This document shows positions 27,201-35,566 of a DNA stretch of 40,321 bases, piece after piece. Position 1 is the first letter of the stretch. Each line of letters begins with the position of its first letter. The notes below the pieces were generated by a model that was given only the letters and a program-made list of their open reading frames with translations, made no database searches and was not told where the DNA came from. Origin of the DNA: Sphaeroforma arctica JP610 (Eukaryota); assembly GCF_001186125.1 (NCBI RefSeq), contig NW_014039909.1, forward strand, positions 4,388 through 44,708, in the 5' to 3' direction. Made by a program: the position numbers and the translations under genes.

Positions 27201-30200
27201 CGTGCACGCCCGAGAATACCATCCCACCGACGCAGCGACTAACGAACCTCATAACCAATTCATAAGTGTTCAGACAGGTGGGCAAAACGGATGACTACGC
27301 CACAGTTCGGAACTTGTACGAGCATTTGTATCTATACACGTGAGTCAGTACCATTTGTATTCATACACGTGTGAGTCAGTAACATATGCATTCATGCGTG
27401 TGCGTGCCATACCTTCTTCTCCGTGTCATTGTAGTTAGAGGATGTTAGCAAGTGTCCGAAGATCAGCTCTGGCACGTAGACGTTTTCGTCCTTGTGCATC
27501 TCGATAGGAATGCCCGCGCCGTTGTTCTATAAATAGATTGAGCAAGAAGTCGAGATTTCAGACACAAGCGTAGAAGTTCTGTGTCAATGGTTTATTCATA
27601 CATAAAGGTTAGGAAATGTATGGGGCATGGGCTATATGTGAACAAAGACACGTCACATCACGATTTCACCCAGACGACAGTCGAGAGAGCAGAGTTCGCA
27701 AAAGACTTCGATAGAAGAGAAGGATAGTATATATTCCTACGTTGTACATGGTCAAGAATAGATATACGCTATACATAGTTGTATGGATAGATATACGCTA
27801 TACATAGTTATATGGATAGATATACGCAATACATAATTATATGGATATATATACGTTTTACATAGTTATATATATAGATATACGCTATACATAGATATAT
27901 GGATAATATATGCTATACATATTTATATGAATAGACATTTGTGGCACATACACATATATCAGCTCTTGTCACGACATACAACCAAACCCAAAATATCCCT
28001 CCAACCACCATGCAACCGTCGACAGTACAAAGCAACAAACAAGGCACCGACCAATAATGAAGCCATCCTATTGAGACCTCACAATTGGCGGCTGAAACTA
28101 ATGGGAGGAGCAATGTCCGATTTAGGGTTTAAGGGGTTTAAAACCCTAAACTCAAATCGATGTCCACGCTATAGCACCAGAACATGGGGGCCATGCGAGC
28201 GTTTGTGGATATAAGAATCCATGTCCCAAATCAATACGTGGATAAAGCTATTTAAGATGCTTATCCATAGCCAAATGTGCATGTATGGGAACTATGCACA
28301 GGCACAAACTCGAGTCGCGTGCACGTACCCATATCTTGACGGAGTTGTTTTCCACATCCACGTCGATCTTCATGGTGTTCATGTTCTTGTCGCGCTGTCT
28401 GTTATCCGCCGCATTCACGAGAATCTCGTCGAAAATCTGCAAGACAACGACGCACACATATGAGAAGCTATAGAAACACACATATGAGAAGCTATAGACA
28501 CACACATATGAGAAGTTATAGACACACACAAATGAGAAGCTATAGGCACACATATGAGAAGCTATAGACACACATATATGAGAAGCTATAGACACACACA
28601 TATGAGAAGCTATAGACACACACATATGAGAAGCTATAGACACGCACATATGAGAAGCTATAAACACACACATATGAGAAGCTATAGACACACACATATG
28701 AGCAGCTATAGACGCACACATATGATAAGCTATAGACACACACATATGCGCAGCTATAGACACACACATATGAGAAGCTATAGACACACACATATGAGAA
28801 GCTATAGAGACACTGGTCTGTGTCGTGTTCACTGCAAAATCATCGGAAATCTGCGGGATTATAAGAGCTGTGTATATACAGCTATATAAGCGAGAGCATC
28901 TGTGCTAGCCACTTGGCTCCGTATAGGGCTCTGCGGTAGTATAAGAGCTGTGTATATACAGCTATATAAGCGCATAGAAGCGAGAGCATCTGTGCTAGCC
29001 ACTTGGCTTCGTATAGGGTTTCACATGTGCGCCTCTCGACACGACAGGCAGCCGAATACTTTGGGCTGTGATAGCAATCCCATCGGAGAACTAGAACTGT
29101 GAAAGAATTCGTGCGTGTCCATGTATCTGTGAACGTATCAGTGGATTGATCCTTGTGGGGGGCGTGAATAGCTGGCATGGTACTAGTAGCGTGTCCATGT
29201 ATCTGTGAACGTATCAAAGGATTGATCTTTGTGGGGGCCATGAGTGCGGGCGTGAATAGCTGGCGTGGTACTTGCGAGTACTCGGATTCATGACAGAATT
29301 CAAAAATATCATGTCTCACTCCATGGGATCTGGGATATGACATCCATTCGACACTACCGCAACAGACTACCACCCCTCTCTCCTGCTATGTCTGGGTGTG
29401 AATATTGTCCTGACTTGCGAATAATATACCAACTCGCGTAATAGCCGTTGGCAAGGATCGAGATTGCTGCAGCTGCACTAGAAACACCTCGCACTCTACA
29501 CAACCATGCTACAATTAACACACAGACACACACACAACACACACAGACACAGACATTATATATATATACATACATTATATATATACATATACATACACAC
29601 ACACATATATATATATATAGATATATATATATGTGTGTGAGTGAGTGATATGTGTATACGTATGCATGTACATGCTTACCTTAAAAAGCCCGGGGACGTA
29701 GGTGACCTTGCGAAAGACCATGCCTGTGCCCTGGTCGTACACCCACATCTGCTCAGTCGATGCCTCCGTCGACCCAATGTACGAGTCGGGTCTGTTGGAA
29801 ACATATGTCAATTCAGATATTGTCCTGATATGCATAAAACCTTTTCTTCTCGATATGAAGGAGCATAAAATCTTTTCTTCTCGATATGAAGGAGCATAAA
29901 ACCTTTTCTTCTCGATATGAAGGAGCATAAAACCTTTTCTTCTCGATATGAAGGACAAAAACGTTAGCACTGACATCGATTGTGAGTGATTGCCATTCCT
30001 CAGCCCAAGAAGAAGCATTGACATTGGCCTGTCACGAGAGACGGTCAGTCCAACATGCCCAAACGACACTATTCAAGGTGTGTCGCATTACTGTGGACGA
30101 TCACATACACCACAGCTGTGACCAATTCACTCGGCCTAATCCAATTGGGTGTATGTATTCACAACGAGAACGTGAAATGCAGCCATTTGTATGTGGACAA

Positions 30201-31263
30201 ATTAACTCGATAGAGAAGATTTTCTGACAGTAACGTTAAGAACCTACATATAATAGTACAGATAGCATACATACAAGTCCTCTGCCACCATATGCCACCA
30301 TAGGAGGGCGGACTAACCAATGCACCACATCATACCCACTCCAAGTACTCACCTCAGAAGTATATGCCACATTATACCCACTCCAAGTACTCACCTCGGC
30401 AGTATATGCCACATCACGCCCACTCCAAGCACTCACCTCAGAAGTATATGCCACATCATACCCACTCCAAGTACTCACCTCAGAAGTATATGCTCCAGCT
30501 GCGTCTTCTTCTGGTATGTTTCTTCGATAGTCTTCTTTCCTGCTGGCCGCGGAGCTTTTTTGACCGTGTTCAATGGCGCCAAGACCTAAAATGGGAAACA
30601 GGAGCAACAGTGAGCTAGACAGACATAGCTATTGATAGATTTACTCACTTCCTGTTGTGGTGGGCAATATACGACCTTGGTTGAACATGCCAGTTCGTAA
30701 ATCGGCAGTATTAAAAAGTGTGAGCCAGGTCTATTGAACGATAACTACACGCTCCAGAAGCCAATTATACTTGGTGATTGGCAGGGGCTATGAAGTGGGT
30801 GGTAAGGCATGAAAACTAAATTGCGATGTCCATCCCGTTTGCAAGCTTGCAATATGAAACGTGTCGAGTAATGCTGTGCCCGAGTGGGCGTTAGAGTACG
30901 GGGTATGATAATGGGCTGACACGGCTGCATGGTGTATGCACCCCATCCGCTAAGACTATAATGAATGGTACTTAATGTAACAAGATGTGTTTTCAACCGT
31001 CCTAAAACATCAGCGGCAATGGTATACTGTATGTTGTGCGTGCGCCTGTATAGCAGACTAGAGCAAACACCTAAAGCACCACCACGTGCAAAGTATCTAT
31101 CAGACCTGGCAGCATACACTCGCAACCAGGGAAGACTTTGCAAACAGCGCCACAACAACTGAAGCTCGTATTCGTCCAATCAGTGAGCGTGCAAACGTGT
31201 ATATATATATAAATATAATAAAAATAAAAATATACATATATACATGTATACATACATACATAC

Positions 31264-31298
<35 letters not shown>

Positions 31299-31776
31299 CT
31301 ATTTATACATACATAAATACATATATACATAAATGCATACGTACTTACATGCATACGTACATACATACACACACACAAACATATATATATATATACCAGG
31401 GATAGCTTAAAGGAACAAGCCTCGCGACACTATATATATAGTATATTATATATATATATATATATAGCATCGCGAGGCTTGTACTTTAAGCTATACCTGT
31501 GGGTCTAAATATGACTTCACGGGCCATTCGACCTCAGCGTCGCGAGGCTTGTGCTTTAAGCTGTCCCTGTGGGATCAAATAAATGATTCACGGGCCATTC
31601 AAAGTTTCGAGCGTATATAGCTGTGCAATATACTTTTCCAATCGTCAATTTGTAACGCATTTGCTCACACCAAAATATTTGAAGAATTTGATGTTCTAGA
31701 AATATTGAGCATGAAAAACTTCCCGGTTCACGATCATACCACACACCTGCAGAAATCAACAAGAACACCATATCGC

Positions 31777-31813
<37 letters not shown>

Positions 31814-31864
31814 ACTTACGCCGTGATCCATGATGTCATCTTCTCCATAGTCCCAGTCAGCCAT
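6193..31864 (-). CDS. TOP2: DNA topoisomerase II (eukaryotic type IIA), 32 exons, about 1464 aa
   Basis: Conserved motifs in order: [39 protein letters not shown] (GHKL ATPase), [30 protein letters not shown] (TOPRIM), [28 protein letters not shown] (catalytic Tyr), [21 protein letters not shown], then a Lys/Ala-rich and acidic CTD. All 31 introns are GT-AG with matching phases; exon lengths sum to 4395 nt. Confidence 0.97.
6953..7023 (-). CDS. TOP2: TOP2 exon 31 ([24 protein letters not shown])
   Basis: CAG / GTAGGT; phase 1-0; RRAAxKVKY motif typical of Top2 tails. Confidence 0.8.
7470..7638 (-). CDS. TOP2: TOP2 exon 30 ([25 protein letters not shown]...SDSDDNL)
   Basis: CAG / GTAGGA; phase 0-1; Lys/Ala/Pro-rich. 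Confidence 0.8.
8007..8082 (-). CDS. TOP2: TOP2 exon 29 ([25 protein letters not shown])
   Basis: CAG / GTACGT; phase 2-0. Confidence 0.78.
8883..8995 (-). CDS. TOP2: TOP2 exon 28 ([17 protein letters not shown]...GKR)
   Basis: CAG / GTACGT; phase 0-2. Confidence 0.78.
10290..10375. repeat. 27-bp tandem repeat, about 3 copies (AAACACCTAGTGCTACAACAAACAAGG)
   Basis: Visible tandem copies in TOP2 intron 27. Confidence 0.8.
10653..10841 (-). CDS. TOP2: TOP2 exon 27 ([11 protein letters not shown]...DSDSD...LSLSQRL...VTK)
   Basis: CAG / GTGCGG; Lys-rich and acidic CTD with SLxxRL motif. Confidence 0.8.
11204..11263 (-). CDS. TOP2: TOP2 exon 26 ([20 protein letters not shown])
   Basis: TACTAAAC branch point, CAG acceptor, GTAAGT donor; phase 0-0. 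Confidence 0.65.
11550..11910. repeat. ~61-bp minisatellite, about 6 copies (AAGCCTTGTACTTACATTCAGACACCTTGATTGCATATACGAGATATCTAAG...)
   Basis: Visible tandem copies in TOP2 intron 25. Confidence 0.92.
12025..12093 (-). CDS. TOP2: TOP2 exon 25 ([23 protein letters not shown])
   Basis: CAG / GTGTGA; phase 0-0; CTD-like composition. Confidence 0.75.
12484..12822 (-). CDS. TOP2: TOP2 exon 24 (TKDSEP...[14 protein letters not shown]...KKKT)
   Basis: C-gate dimer motif; CAG / GTGGGT. Confidence 0.9.
13434..13646 (-). CDS. TOP2: TOP2 exon 23 ([20 protein letters not shown]...FSKK)
   Basis: Conserved coiled-coil region; CAG / GTCAGT. Confidence 0.94.
13754..14062 (-). CDS. TOP2: TOP2 exon 22 ([22 protein letters not shown]...SNMVLFD...PLE)
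   Basis: ITELP and NMVLFD motifs; TAG / GTGAGT. Confidence 0.95.
14694..14856 (-). CDS. TOP2: TOP2 exon 21 ([10 protein letters not shown]...GKIEK)
   Basis: IPNxNP motif; TAG / GTAACC. Confidence 0.93.
15000..15124 (-). CDS. TOP2: TOP2 exon 20 (DDALMKYL...[18 protein letters not shown])
   Basis: GIGTGWS; CAG / GTATAC. Confidence 0.95.
15170..15365. repeat. 25-bp minisatellite (GTTTATGTAGTATATGTGTATTAAG)n
   Basis: At least 6 visible copies in intron 19. Confidence 0.9.
15764..15907 (-). CDS. TOP2: TOP2 exon 19 (DFVGSNN...[13 protein letters not shown]; active-site Tyr)
   Basis: Catalytic RY motif; AAG acceptor, GTCAGT donor. Confidence 0.95.
15925..16076. repeat. ~10-bp AG-rich repeat (TAAGAATAGA/TAAGAATTAA)n
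   Basis: Forms the pyrimidine-rich tract before the exon 19 acceptor on the - strand. Confidence 0.85.
16298..16491 (-). CDS. TOP2: TOP2 exon 18 ([19 protein letters not shown]...AYHHGE...LAQ)
   Basis: Winged-helix motifs; CAG / GTGTGT. Confidence 0.96.
17012..17156 (-). CDS. TOP2: TOP2 exon 17 (IQLAFSKK...[11 protein letters not shown])
   Basis: Conserved DRKxWL and ELILFS; CAG / GTAGGT. Confidence 0.95.
17130..17420. repeat. ~70-bp tandem repeat, 4 copies, spanning the exon 17 acceptor
   Basis: Unit TTTGTT..GAGAATGCCAGTTGAATCT...GTATGGAGTG...; the first copy is the real exon start. Confidence 0.85.
17829..17953 (-). CDS. TOP2: TOP2 exon 16 ([13 protein letters not shown]...DDQK)
   Basis: [11 protein letters not shown] / GTGTGT. 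Confidence 0.95.
18245..18725. repeat. ~54-bp minisatellite, about 9 copies (AGAAACAACATAAATTATAGAATATACAAGTGTTATAGATAACATATCAGCTGT)
   Basis: Visible tandem copies in intron 15. Confidence 0.93.
18849..18975 (-). CDS. TOP2: TOP2 exon 15 ([15 protein letters not shown]...FYTMPEY...)
   Basis: Conserved [11 protein letters not shown] / GTGTGC. Confidence 0.94.
19182..19344 (-). CDS. TOP2: TOP2 exon 14 (IVNIMGL...[19 protein letters not shown]...LLK)
   Basis: DxD metal-binding motif; CAG / GTGCGG. Confidence 0.96.
19354..19740. repeat. 77-bp minisatellite, 5 copies
   Basis: GCACGAGAGGTAAGAGCGAGGATGAGTGTGTGG... tandem copies abutting the exon 14 acceptor. Confidence 0.95.
20278..20391 (-). CDS. 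TOP2: TOP2 exon 13 ([25 protein letters not shown]...)
   Basis: PLRGK motif; CAG / GTATCT. Confidence 0.95.
21145..21263 (-). CDS. TOP2: TOP2 exon 12 ([14 protein letters not shown]...[14 protein letters not shown])
   Basis: TOPRIM EGDSA; TAG / GTAAGG. Confidence 0.95.
21712..21822. repeat. 18-bp repeat (AGCCATATAATTCATATC)n
   Basis: Visible tandem copies in intron 11. Confidence 0.85.
22075..22176 (-). CDS. TOP2: TOP2 exon 11 ([22 protein letters not shown]...GAK)
   Basis: Conserved transducer helix; CAG / GTATCT. Confidence 0.92.
22720..23030. repeat. Diverged ~55-bp repeat (CAACATAAATTGATATGATTGGAT...), about 6 copies
   Basis: Visible tandem copies in intron 10. Confidence 0.8.
23193..23363 (-). 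CDS. TOP2: TOP2 exon 10 (VVKKK...[16 protein letters not shown]...SDK)
   Basis: QTK loop; CAG / GTGAGT. Confidence 0.95.
23928..24050 (-). CDS. TOP2: TOP2 exon 9 ([28 protein letters not shown]...)
   Basis: Conserved SFVNSIxTxKGGxHV; TAG / GTGAGC. Confidence 0.95.
24698..24829 (-). CDS. TOP2: TOP2 exon 8 (VIYNGSKLP...NNRWE)
   Basis: CAG / [14 protein letters not shown] motif. Confidence 0.92.
25242..25340 (-). CDS. TOP2: TOP2 exon 7 (DLGRFGM...[14 protein letters not shown])
   Basis: Conserved RAYDxAG; CAG / GTATGA. Confidence 0.93.
26448..26648 (-). CDS. TOP2: TOP2 exon 6 ([17 protein letters not shown]...TFKP)
   Basis: ATP-lid motif; CAG / GTATGT. Confidence 0.95.
27413..27526 (-). CDS. 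TOP2: TOP2 exon 5 (NNGAGIP...[18 protein letters not shown])
   Basis: Conserved motif; TAG / GTATGG. Confidence 0.95.
27757..27905. repeat. ~28-bp repeat (ATAGATATACGCTATACATAGTTATATGG)n
   Basis: About 5 visible copies in intron 4. Confidence 0.85.
28329..28436 (-). CDS. TOP2: TOP2 exon 4 ([12 protein letters not shown]...KIW)
   Basis: ATPase N-box; CAG / GTACGT. Confidence 0.95.
28452..28810. repeat. 24-bp minisatellite (CACACATATGAGAAGCTATAGACA), about 15 copies
   Basis: Visible tandem copies immediately before the exon 4 acceptor. Confidence 0.95.
29680..29791 (-). CDS. TOP2: TOP2 exon 3 (PDSYIGS...YVPGLFK)
   Basis: Conserved motif; CAG / GTAAGC. Confidence 0.95.
29832..29955. repeat. 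31-bp repeat, 4 copies (TAAAACCTTTTCTTCTCGATATGAAGGAGCA)
   Basis: Visible tandem copies in intron 2. Confidence 0.9.
30325..30493. repeat. 42-bp repeat, 4 copies, containing the exon 2 3' end and its GTGAGT donor
   Basis: Minus-strand unit GCATATACTTCTGAG|GTGAGTACTTGGAGTGGGTATGATGTG. Confidence 0.92.
30479..30585 (-). CDS. TOP2: TOP2 exon 2 (VLAPLN...[20 protein letters not shown])
   Basis: Conserved N-terminal motif; TAG acceptor, GTGAGT donor. Confidence 0.93.
31397..31600. repeat. ~37-bp inverted repeat around a (TA)n core plus a ~70-bp direct repeat
   Basis: CAGGGATAGCTTAAAGGAACAAGCCTCGCGA...(TA)n...TCGCGAGGCTTGTACTTTAAGCTATACCTG; the right arm is repeated at about 31536-31600. Confidence 0.85.
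31820..31864 (-). CDS. TOP2: TOP2 exon 1 ([15 protein letters not shown])
   Basis: ATG in AAGATGG context; donor GTAAGT; phase 0 matches exon 2. Confidence 0.75.
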
Positions 31865-32576
31865 CTTGTTGGAAGGTTTTTTGAATATTACTGGAAGGGT
31901 ATATGAGCGTGACTAGCGCGTGTGGTTGCACGCGTGTGGTGGTATTGTACTTCTATAGATATAATGTAGTATGCGAACGTGGTGTGTGCTGATACACGTA
32001 TGATACGAACTGCAATAATTACCTACCAAGACACACCTTGGCAGAAATAAGGAATGCAGTCTTGGATACCTCTATAGCTGTAACAACGAGAAGGAAGTAC
32101 AAAAGTAGAAGTGTATCTTCCTCGTAATTGCCTATAAGACCTATCCTGTAGTAAGGGATTGTTGGTTGAAAGTGGAGTTCAATCAGAAGCAATATGCCAC
32201 AGATAAATATCTTTGGAAGCAAACGCCAGTAAAGGAACCGCAATTTAGACATACATGTGAATCAATGCGTGACGGAGTATGTACGGACTAGACATAAGCC
32301 CCTATGTAGTAAAACCGGAACTATATGTGATATACACATTCAGTATGGATATATATAATGTGGTATACACATTCACTATACGTATGGATATATATAATAT
32401 GGTATACACATTCACTATACGTATGGATATATATAATATGGTATACACATTCACTATACGATGCACACAACTACACATATATATAAATATATATCTCCAG
32501 AGATATCCACATGAATGAAGAAATCAATAATAAATATAGATATAATTATTCTGTAGGGCTTTTCCCTCTGATCCGC

Positions 32577-32599
32577 TTTCCCGCGCATTTTTCCGCCAA
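32577..32599. promoter_or_regulatory. Paired E2F-like sites upstream of TOP2
   Basis: TTTCCCGC (32577-32584) and TTTCCGCCAA (32590-32599), about 700 bp 5' of the ATG. A pyrimidine tract plus CAG acceptor at 31891 suggests a 5'-UTR intron. Confidence 0.4.
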
Positions 32600-33297
32600 C
32601 CGTTGACCAACAACCGATTACAGGGTTTTGAGTTATTCCAAGGTTTTGGTATTTAAGGTTTTAGGGTTTTATCACTCTCTGAGTCCCTGACGGCCTGACC
32701 CAAGTTTCCAACTTTCATGCGGTATTTTTTTTGTGCTGTGTACATGGTACATACCACTTATATTATATTCATATATGGGCGTGGATATATATTCAAATGT
32801 ACATATTTAAAAGTCTATCCTTGTGCACATGTATGTATATCAATGTCCACTGTAAATATGTGACATTTCTCGCTGTATTCAGGCTGTTATTGGACAAATC
32901 TTCTATCTTATGTGTATTTCCAGATTACCCAAACTACAATTATGCGTGCGGAGCTGCGTGCGGAGCTATATACAAGCGATTTTGAATGTTATCATAATCA
33001 CAAACCACAACTCGGTTTCTAGAATATCCGCGCTAATTGATATATCTATCCTTTATTCTTGGTATCGCAAATTTTAGTGCATTGCACGCTGTACCTTGAT
33101 ACACGTGTTTGATTTGAATCTCTATTTATCTTGTATTTGGAACTCCGTACTTGTGGTTCTGCTTTAAAAATCGAAGAACGATGATGTTGTTCTGCGTTTG
33201 ATCAGCCATTGCTTCCTGCTTCGCCACTAAAATAAACCATGATCATATCTTAATAGCCTTGAGAATATAACTTGTATTGTGAAATATATTACATATA

Positions 33298-33342
<45 letters not shown>

Positions 33343-33387
33343 TTATTAGTAGTAGTTATTATATATATATACTATACTATTACTAAT

Positions 33388-33428
<41 letters not shown>

Positions 33429-33430
<2 letters not shown>

Positions 33431-33581
33431 GAAAGTGTCGAATATACAGTTACAGATTGTGGTAGAAATGCAGCCTTCGAAGATGGAGCAGACTTTGCTA
33501 CGGACAGTGATGTCGGGCATATGCAGTCACAGCCGCAAACGGAGATCAAGAAACGTTTGAGATGCCGACTGAGAAGTTGCC
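33429..33581 (+). repeat. Left arm of ~153-bp inverted repeat
   Basis: TAGAAAGTG...GCCGACTGAGAAGTTGCC; matches the reverse complement of 34776-34927 with 5 substitutions and 1 indel. Confidence 0.93.
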
Positions 33582-33794
33582 GGCCTGGGTTGTGGATTCG
33601 GCGAAAGAAGCGATGCAGATACAGTCACTGATTATCGTCAAGAAATAATTGAAGACAATGCATAATCTTCTGAGCAGCACTTCAGATAAATAGTTCTTCA
33701 ATGTTCATATATACATATTTATATATAGTATTTAAGACGGTATTTGCTATGTTTATATATTATATTTGTACTACTAAACTGGACTAAACTGGCT

Positions 33795-34775
33795 TTAGGC
33801 CATAGAGCGTACTCCTGCTTTAGCTCCGAATAAAGCTGGGATCCCTTCCAATGGAACACCCTTGGTCTCCTTGATGAAGAGAATAACAAACGCCAAATTG
33901 ATGCAATTCAATCCGCCGAACACGTAGAAGGTACCGGGTGTGGACCAACCCATCATGTTTGGGGTGATAAACACAATGATGGCATTGAACAAGTACTGCC
34001 AGAATACAGCAAGCGACATGGCTTTGTCCTTCTCTCTCATGGAGAAGATCTCAGAGGGATAGATCCATGGGATCATACCCCAGGCGAGCTGGAAGCCAAA
34101 GCCATAGACGCACACCATGACCATAGTGACGTAGCCGTTCCAGTCAAGTTGTAGAGATACAGCACCAAGGATGAGGGGAGGGCCCATAATGAAGGTTGCC
34201 ATTAATAACTGTCTGCGACGTCCTCCAATCTTGGAATCTAGCAAACCTAGACCAACGGCACAGCCGAATACCATGACAGCGTTCCAGATCATGTTGAATA
34301 AGAAAGGATCGTCCATACCAATGGCAGCGAAGATGGTAGAAGCGTATCCCAAGAATGCGTTCACACCTGTCAATTGCTGAGCAATCTGTAAGAAGACCCC
34401 AATCAACATACGTTTGCGCAAGTTAGGCTCTGAAAACAGATCTCCGTACGATACGGTACCGGCTTCTTCCTCTGCCTTCAACTGCTCATAGATTTCCTGT
34501 GCTTCGGCGGTGATGTCACCACCTCGAATCTTGGTAAGATCGTCAGCTCCTTCATCATATCCCTTTTTTCTCATAACATATCGTGGGGACTCTGGTGTGA
34601 ACCAAATTGCAACAGCAATGACAACCCCGGGAATAGCGGGAAGCATAAGCCCCAAGTGCCAATTCTTGATAAAGAGTGTCACGATGGTGGCGATGAACGA
34701 ACCAAGAACAACGTTCATTTGAAACATGGATCCAGTCATTCCACGGATTCCAGGAGTGGCAATCTCAGAGTTGTA
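33795..34775 (-). pseudogene. 5'-truncated, intronless sugar-porter (MFS, Sugar_tr) fragment lacking about TM1-4
   Basis: YNSEIATPGIRG, PESPRY, QQLTGVN, GGRR, WGMIPWIYPSEIF and KETKGVPLE signatures. The frame is open from 34775 to the TAA at 33795 but closes (TGA) 3 codons into the inverted repeat. No N-terminal half was found in the window. Confidence 0.85.
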
Positions 34776-34927
34776 GGCAACTTCTCAGTCGGCACTCAAA
34801 CGTTTCTTGATCTCCGTTTGCGACTGTAACTGCATATGCCCGACATCACTGTCCGTAGCAAAGTCTGCTCCATCTTCGAAGGCTGCATTTCTACCACAAT
34901 CTGTAGCTGTATTTTCGCCACTTTCTA
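34776..34927 (-). repeat. Right arm of ~153-bp inverted repeat
   Basis: GGCAACTTCTCAGTCGGCA...CACTTTCTA; starts exactly where transporter homology ends. Confidence 0.93.
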
Positions 34928-35229
34928 CGGATGCGAGTTCATATTTTCGTACTTCATGATAAGTTCTGGCAGCCAGAGAAAGGATAATACGTCACCTGTG
35001 CGACACCGGCTGAAGTCCAACTTGCTAGGCAGATCATTCTACACCACTACATTGTTACAAGTAACTTTTTCGAATCGTGGATTTGACTGCCGTGAATCCA
35101 TCGACCATTGCTCGTGGTTATATGATACCGCCTGTGCAAATTCACGGAATTGTGTCGTGGACATATCGTCAAGTCGTCGTATTTTGACGAAGAGAAAGAC
35201 ACCTCCGCACGGACCAATTATAAGAAATC

Positions 35230-35566
35230 GTCTATCTACTAACATACGTGACTAGGAAGGTGCTCAAGATATTTCATCTATCTACCTATATACGTGAGTA
35301 GAAAGAGTGCCTGAGATAAATCATTATCTACCTACATACGATAAAAGGTAGAGAGCCCATGATAAATTAACTATCCACCTACATACGTTCATAAAAAGGA
35401 TACCCAAAATACGTCACCTATTTACCTACATACGTTCACAGGAAGAGTGCCCAGGATTAATAATCTATCTACCTATATACGTGGACAGGGAGGGTGCCAA
35501 GATAGAAGAGTGCCCAGGATTAATAATCTATCTACCTATATACGTGGACAGGGAGGGTGCCAAGAT
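35230..35566. repeat. Diverged ~46-bp repeat (TCTATCTACCTATATACGTG...), about 7 copies
   Basis: Visible tandem copies; the last two are near identical. Confidence 0.8.

Noticed and set aside
28540..28889. Repetitive ORFs (MRSYRHTH)n / (YSFSYVCV)n
   Set aside because: Artefacts of the 24-bp minisatellite in intron 3.
32019..32252. 77-aa hydrophobic ORF upstream of TOP2
   Set aside because: No recognisable family; likely 5'-UTR or intron sequence.
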